From the human T2T-CHM13v2.0 reference genome, Homo sapiens, in the NCBI RefSeq assembly GCF_009914755.1, contig NC_060941.1: a stretch of DNA of 64,000 nt; one strand, given 5' to 3'. The position numbers were made by a program, and so were the translations under genes. Of the stretch, positions 54,225-64,000 are shown in pieces. Numbering within the stretch: position 1 is the stretch's first letter; every line of letters starts with the position of its first letter. The notes under the pieces were generated by a model. The model saw nothing but the letters and a program-made list of their open reading frames with translations. It ran no database searches and was not told the origin of the DNA.

Positions 54225-55112
54225 GCCAAATTACTCCAAGACGTAGCCACTTAAAACAACTTTTATTATCTCTCACAGATTCTGAGGATCTGGAATTTGG
54301 GTGTGGCCAACCCGAGTGGTTCTAGCTCAGGTCTCTTATGTGGTCACAGTCAGGATCTCAGCTGGGACTGCATTATCTGAAGGCTTGACTGAGGCTGGAG
54401 AATCCACTTCCAAGACGGCTCACTCACATGGCGGTTGGCGGGAGGCTCCATTCCTTACCACATGGACATTTCCCTAGGGCTGTTCACAACGTGGTAGCTG
54501 GCTTCCCCCAGAGCAACTGATCTGACAGGGAGAGGACAATAAAAATGGAAGTCAGAGTGGGTTTAGTGCGGGGTTGACTGTATTTTTTAATCTAGTTCTG
54601 GAGAAAAGATGCTATTTTTTACAGTTTTTTTGATTTTGGCTTCCTTCTAACATTTCCTTTTATCCTTGAATTTTTACTAAATAATTTCCTCCTGATTTAA
54701 AATTTTTTTTCTCTTCTGGGAATTTGAAATCTTGGTACTTACTATTACATTAATTTTTCCAAAGAGTTGAAATCATTTTAATGCCAGAACATGGTAAATT
54801 TGCAGCCATTTCAAGCAGCTGGTGGTCTTTTTTATAACATCATTAATGGGTACTATTAAATATTCTGAGAGGTGAATGTAAAATATAAAAGGTATAAGTT
54901 TTTTTTTTTAAATAAAACAATAAGCTTTCAAAGAGAAAACAAACAAAAACAAAAAAAAACCCTAGTCTCATAAGTGACATACCATCACTTCTGCCTTGCT
55001 GGGCTGGTCTCACCGACCATCTGGATGCAACATGGAAGGGGTTACACAGGGGGATGGGGGATGGATAACAGGAGGTGGGGATCCTTGAGGGCCATGGAGG
55101 CTGGCTACCACA
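54225..55112 (-). mobile_element. MLT1 (MaLR) LTR split by a ~400-bp insertion
   Basis: gaaggcttgactgaggctggagaatccacttccaag... and ...gacataccatcacttctgcc...ggctggctaccaca. Confidence 0.75.
54560..54960 (+). pseudogene. Putative retroposed mRNA 3'UTR fragment, parent unknown
   Basis: Non-MLT1, AT-rich insert; AATAAA at 54911-54916 followed by an A-rich tail to 54960. Confidence 0.5.
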
Positions 55113-55451
55113 AGGAGGTTCATAGATTGTGGGAATCTAACCTGGGAGTAGAGATCCTTTTTAGCTTTGTTGTTTAGAATTTAGCCAAGCTGTTTTCAGT
55201 GAGCATGAGCTTTTCCAGGGAAGACCCAGAAAGGGTCTGAGTCTTTGCTCTTGTATTTATAAAAGCACATTTTCTTTTTACTATCACACAAGTCATATGT
55301 ATGAATTGTAGAAAAAGAAAATAATAGAGAAAAGTAAAAAAGCAAAAGGAAGTAATCCGTGTAGTCCACCATTCAAAAGTAAGCTCTGACAACATTTTGG
55401 TGTATATTTTTACAGAATTCTCTATGTTCATTCATAAATGCTAATTGCAAT

Positions 55452-55588
55452 TATTTATTTATTTTTATTTTTATAGAGATGAAGTCTTGTTATGTTGCCC
55501 GGGCTGGACTCAAACTCCGAGGGCCAAGTGATCCTCCCAACTCAGCCTCTTGATTGCTGGGACTATAAAAATTTTCCACCACACCTGG
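55452..55588 (-). mobile_element. Alu monomer (FLAM-like)
   Basis: Single antisense arm. Confidence 0.75.
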
Positions 55589-55876
55589 CATTAACAACTA
55601 TTTATTGAACATCTCTTATGTGTCAGTAATGCTACTTCCAAGAACTTACTTAAGGAAATATTCAAGGCCATGGGAAAACGTCTACAACCACTTTATCCCA
55701 ATGTGTTTACTCAATAACCTTGATGTCATTTTATCTTTGTTTGTAGTTCAGCCTTAAAACTATTTTTCTTTATGGTTCCTGGCTCACAAAATTTTTATCT
55801 AAATCTAATATTACATAAATTAATTTTAAGAAGTAGGAATTTAAAATTTTTTTCCTTGCAGACAGAAAATGTATAA

Positions 55877-56669
<793 letters not shown>

Positions 56670-56884
56670 TTAATTAAATAATTAAAATACACAAAATAAT
56701 ATTTATAACATATGTATAAGGAATAAGCTACCATTATCAGCTTAAAAAATCAAACACTTCCAGCATCTTAGAAGCCTTCTCTTCCTTTCTGGTGATTACT
56801 ATCCTGAGTTTTGTGCTTATCATCCTCTTGCATTTCTTGATATATATGAACACACATATGGCCTGTGTATCCTTATAAAATACC

Positions 56885-57445
<561 letters not shown>

Positions 57446-57549
57446 TAGTTATGCAAAGTTTTCCCTTCTGTAAATAACATCAATTTGTATATGCTCTCCT
57501 GTGAATTGCCCCCCACCCCAATTATGTTTGTGAGAGTCATCCTTATTGA

Positions 57550-57876
<327 letters not shown>

Positions 57877-58194
57877 AGTTAATTCCTTTTTACTGTGGTA
57901 TAATATTTCATTGTATAAATGCACCACATTGTGTCAGTTCTGTCCATGGATATTAAGACATTTCTGAGTTCCAGCAATTACGAACAATACTTCTGTAAAC
58001 ATTCTAGAGGATGTTATCTGGTGCACACATGCAAAGATTTCTCTAGAGCAGTCATTCCCAAATTGGCTGCACATTGGAATGATGTGAGGATCTTCAAAAA
58101 CTATTGACAGGTGGTTCACACCCCCAGGACATTCTGATTTAATTGGTTCAGAGTCTAACTTTGGTGTTTGGATTTTATTTGATTTTTTTCAAAC

Positions 58195-59598
<1,404 letters not shown>

Positions 59599-59615
59599 AA
59601 AAAGCATGGGAATCT

Positions 59616-59936
<321 letters not shown>

Positions 59937-60610
59937 CTAACATTCAACAATATTTGGACCCACTGCCCTAGGGTGTCTGTCTGGGAGTGGAATTGCGTGG
60001 CCATAGGGTATGTGCATTTTCAGTTGTAGTGGATATTGCCAAATTGTTTCCCACAACAAATGTGCAAGAGTTCCAGCTGTCTCAGGTCCTCACCAATATA
60101 AGGTATTGTCTGATCGTATTTTTTTTTGGCAGCATCAATTCTACCCTTTATAAGGGAATTACGAATTTTAATCTGCTTTTGTTTTTAGTTTCCTTATAAC
60201 CCTTCTTTATTACCCTTTTAATGCTACTTTCATTTATCTAAGCCTGCCGCTTTTTCATCTGAGTTTGTTTTCTCCTAATGATTTTATGTTTCAGAAAGGC
60301 CATGTCTTTTGGTGCCCTATGCAAAAAAGTTTCCTGACATGTTCTTATTGATCTGACAATGGATGGTTTCCAGTGCTTTGCTCTTTCTCTGCGTCCCAAT
60401 CACGCATCTTTTTCTTTCTGTATTTTTTTATAGATCTCATGATGGTTTTGTTCTCTTAATTCACTCATGCACAAAATATGATCTGATATTTGTCAACAGG
60501 TAGAAGGCAAATTGCCTGTGAATAGTCCTGTGCCTTCTTAGTCTACAGCTGAAGTGAAGTTTGACAAGCACAGATCGTGGTCTACCTCCTTCATTAAAAC
60601 AGGTTCTCCT

Positions 60611-61172
60611 TTCCTTTTCGATTCGCCATCTGCAGTGGAGCCGCCACCAAAATGCAGATTTTCGTGAAAACCCTTACGGGGAAGACAACCACCCTCAAGG
60701 TTGAACCGTTGGATACGATAGAAAATGTAAAGGCCGAGATCCAGGATAAGGAAGGAATTCCTCCTGATCAGCAAAGACCGATCTTTGCTGGCAAGCAACT
60801 GGAAGATGGATGTACTTTGTCTGGCTACAATATTCAAAAAGAGTCTACTCTTCATTTTGTGTTGAGACTGCGTGGTGGTGCTAAGTAAAGGAAGAAGAAG
60901 TCTTACACCACTCCCAAGAAGAATAAGCACAAGAGAAAGAAGGTTAAGCTGGCTGTCCTGAAATATCATAAGGTGGTTGAGAATGGAAAAATTAGTTGCC
61001 TTCGTCGTGGGTGCCCTTCTGATGAATGTGGTGTTGGAGTGTTTACAGCAAGCCACTTTGACGGACATTATTGTGGCAAATGTTGTCTGACTTACTGCGT
61101 CAACAAACCAGAAGACAAGCAATTGTATGAGTTAATAAAAGACATGAACTAAAAAAACAAAAAAAACAAAAA
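60611..61172 (+). pseudogene. RPS27AP1: Processed RPS27A (ubiquitin-40S ribosomal protein S27a) pseudogene; possibly RPS27AP1 (number recalled, unverified)
   Basis: Intronless, with 5' pyrimidine (TOP-like) leader and ATG at 60652. Ubiquitin and S27a are in one frame without frameshift, with a premature TAA at 60886-60888 and the native stop mutated to CAA at 61120-61122. AATAAA at 61134-61139, A tail, degenerate TSD aaaacaggttctcct / aaaatcaggctcacct. Confidence 0.93.
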
Positions 61173-61329
61173 TCAGGCTCACCTGGGATTCTATTGCTCC
61201 ATGATGTAGCATCTTCTTGCAGCCACCAGTTAAGATCATAGGCTTTGGGGGAAGGGTCAGATTTAACTGACTCAGCACCACGTCTGCCTGCATTAATAGT
61301 GGGGTGGGAGTAAGTTTAAGAATCAGGGG

Positions 61330-61650
61330 TGTTTTCTGAAAAACAGAGATGATAATAGGGCCTCAGGATTAACTGCACAGAAAGGGCTTAGCGTAATATC
61401 TGGCAGATGGCAAACATTTAATAAGTGGTAGCTGTCATCATTATTATTTTATTATTAGTATATTATTAACATATTGTATGTTTATGTATGTATTATTGAC
61501 ACATAGTATTATTACTGTTCACCCCACTGCATTGTAAGCTACAATGAAAGTAGGGGTTCTTCTCTATTTTGTTCGTTTCTTTATCCTCAGCAATTAGAAC
61601 AGTGCATGACACATGGTAGACATTCAAGAAATATTTGTTGAATGAAGAAA
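61330..61650. mobile_element. MIR and L2 3' fragments
   Basis: tagaacagtgcatgacacatggtagacattcaagaaatatttgttgaatgaa (L2 end). Confidence 0.6.
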
Positions 61651-62554
61651 GTTTTGAGAATTTGGAGAGGTTATAGTAGGAATTGCTAACCAATTCAAAA
61701 TGTGCCATTTTGAATCAGAAGTTGGCAGTGTTATTTATATTAGTGACCCATTTGAATCAACCTGCATGTCAAATGTCAGGGATTAGCTGAATAAATCACA
61801 GTACTTCATAAGCTGGAAGCTATGTCCCCATTGCAAACCATCTTGTGGAATACATTTTGACAGAGGAAAATATTTACTTATACAGTTGGAATTTTAAAAG
61901 GGAGGAGTTATAAAACAATATGTATAGTATCATCCCAAATATATAAAAAAGTATGTATATGTATAAAAAAACCTGGAAGTAGTATAACAAAATATTCATA
62001 ACGATTGTCTCTGGTGGTGAGGTTAAAGATGATTTTAAATTTGCTTCTTTGAGCCTTCTTTTATTTTCCAAATATGTTTGTAGTAAGCATATATTATTCT
62101 TGAAATAAGAAAAAATAACATATATATTTTAACAGACATGTGCTAAAGATGAATTAAGTGGCATAAATCCCAGGGATGCAAAACAACAGTGCAAATCTAG
62201 AAGAGAAAGGAAAGACTCAAGGATGGTTTAGGTTTCAAGGGAAGTTTTAAAAGACAACAAAACGAGTCCTGAATCAGCCAGCATTCTTAGTTGCACGCAA
62301 CAGAAACTAACTGGCTGATTTCAGCAGCAAGGGAATCTATTTAGAGAGTACAGGGGTAGCTCACAGAATTGCCAGGAGGGCTGGAGGACCCATGTCAACA
62401 GCTACCCAGCCAGAAACAATGCCCCAAATCCCACCACAGAACTGACCCAGCTTCCACCACTGACACTGGGTACAGCAGCAACTCTGCTGTCCTGGGAGCC
62501 TGGTCTTGCCCCTGCCACAATCGTCACCAGAGATGTTACTCTACTGAAAGGGTA

Positions 62555-62720
62555 TTCCTCCACTCAGCAGCCTCAGCATCACCTGGAAGAGTCTTAGACA
62601 TGCGCATTCTCACGCCCCTTCCCTGACCTACTGAATCAGACTCTGGGGTGGGACCTAGCAACCTGCACTTCAACAAGACTTTAAGGTGATTGCAAAGGGC
62701 ACCCAGGCTGGAAAGGCACT
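62555..62720. mobile_element. MER5A
   Basis: gcatcacctgg...gacctactgaatcagactctggggtgggacctagcaacctg. Confidence 0.75.
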
Positions 62721-62775
62721 GCTTCATAATCACTGATGATTCTTTGCATCATCAGTTATCACTTTGCATCATTCA

Positions 62776-63135
<360 letters not shown>

Positions 63136-63438
63136 ACAAAGTCCAAGAGGAATGTGTCTTGATTGACAGATCCTAAGTCATGTGTCTTACCGCCTTGGGG
63201 CAAGAGAGGCTGGGAAAGATTATCAACAGTGAAAAGCTTCCACAGTGAGAGGCAGGCACTGCTTTACCGGGACTTATGGGAATGAGGATTCTCAAGACAT
63301 ACAGATCGAGTTGAGATGCTGATCCACAAAAAGGAATGACTAGTGGGTCATAGGAATGACAATTCCAGGGTATGGAGCAATTAAAGAGGCAAAGGGTTTT
63401 GGCCAAATCAATTCAACAACTATTTCCAGACTGATTAA

Positions 63439-63808
<370 letters not shown>

Positions 63809-64000
63809 TAGAAGACTATCTTTTTTACACCAAGGTAGTGAAGGATTTCGTAAATCAGCTTCAAAGAGCATACACTATAAAGGAAAAAACCTGGTAATTT
63901 TGATTACCTTAAACATTAAATCTTTATTATGTTAAAAACCACCATAAATAAAGTAAAAAGACAAGCCAAAGGTTGGGAGAATATACTTGTGTCCCTTATA

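Noticed and set aside
60538-61122. 194-aa minus-strand ORF
   Set aside because: It is the antisense shadow of the RPS27A coding frame and has a non-ATG start.
61270-61290. REST/RE1-like CTCAGCACCACG
   Set aside because: Only the left half-site matches; the right half (GGACAG) is absent.

Overview
Primate, almost certainly human, genomic DNA that is very rich in Alu elements. The first 141 nt, read on the minus strand, encode MSGARCRTLYPFSGERHGQGLRFAAGELITLLQVPDGGWWEGEKEDG. I recognise this as the SH3-domain N-terminus of GAS7 (long isoform); the ORF track missed it because it runs off the window edge. The window therefore starts in the GAS7 first exon and CpG-island promoter and continues about 63 kb upstream. 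From memory this is 17p13.1, towards the MYH cluster; that cannot be verified here. The upstream region is mostly transposon-derived: about 65 Alu copies, L1 fragments, ERV1 solo LTRs (including a MER41B with GAS motifs), MaLR LTRs, MIR/L2 and DNA-transposon relics. It also holds a full-length processed RPS27A (ubiquitin-S27a) pseudogene at about 60.6-61.2 kb. Nearly all listed ORFs are Alu, L1 or microsatellite artefacts. I see no convincing novel multi-gene system. The best leads are: an intact ubiquitin-variant ORF in the pseudogene; a 5-codon uORF and a GGGGCC-type repeat at the GAS7 promoter; a possible STAT1-responsive MER41B; two co-oriented CTCF-like motifs; an unassigned retroposed 3'UTR fragment; and an Alu-L1-Alu stack at one reused target site. 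Repeat subfamily names come from recalled consensus sequences, and repeat boundaries are approximate unless TSDs are cited.
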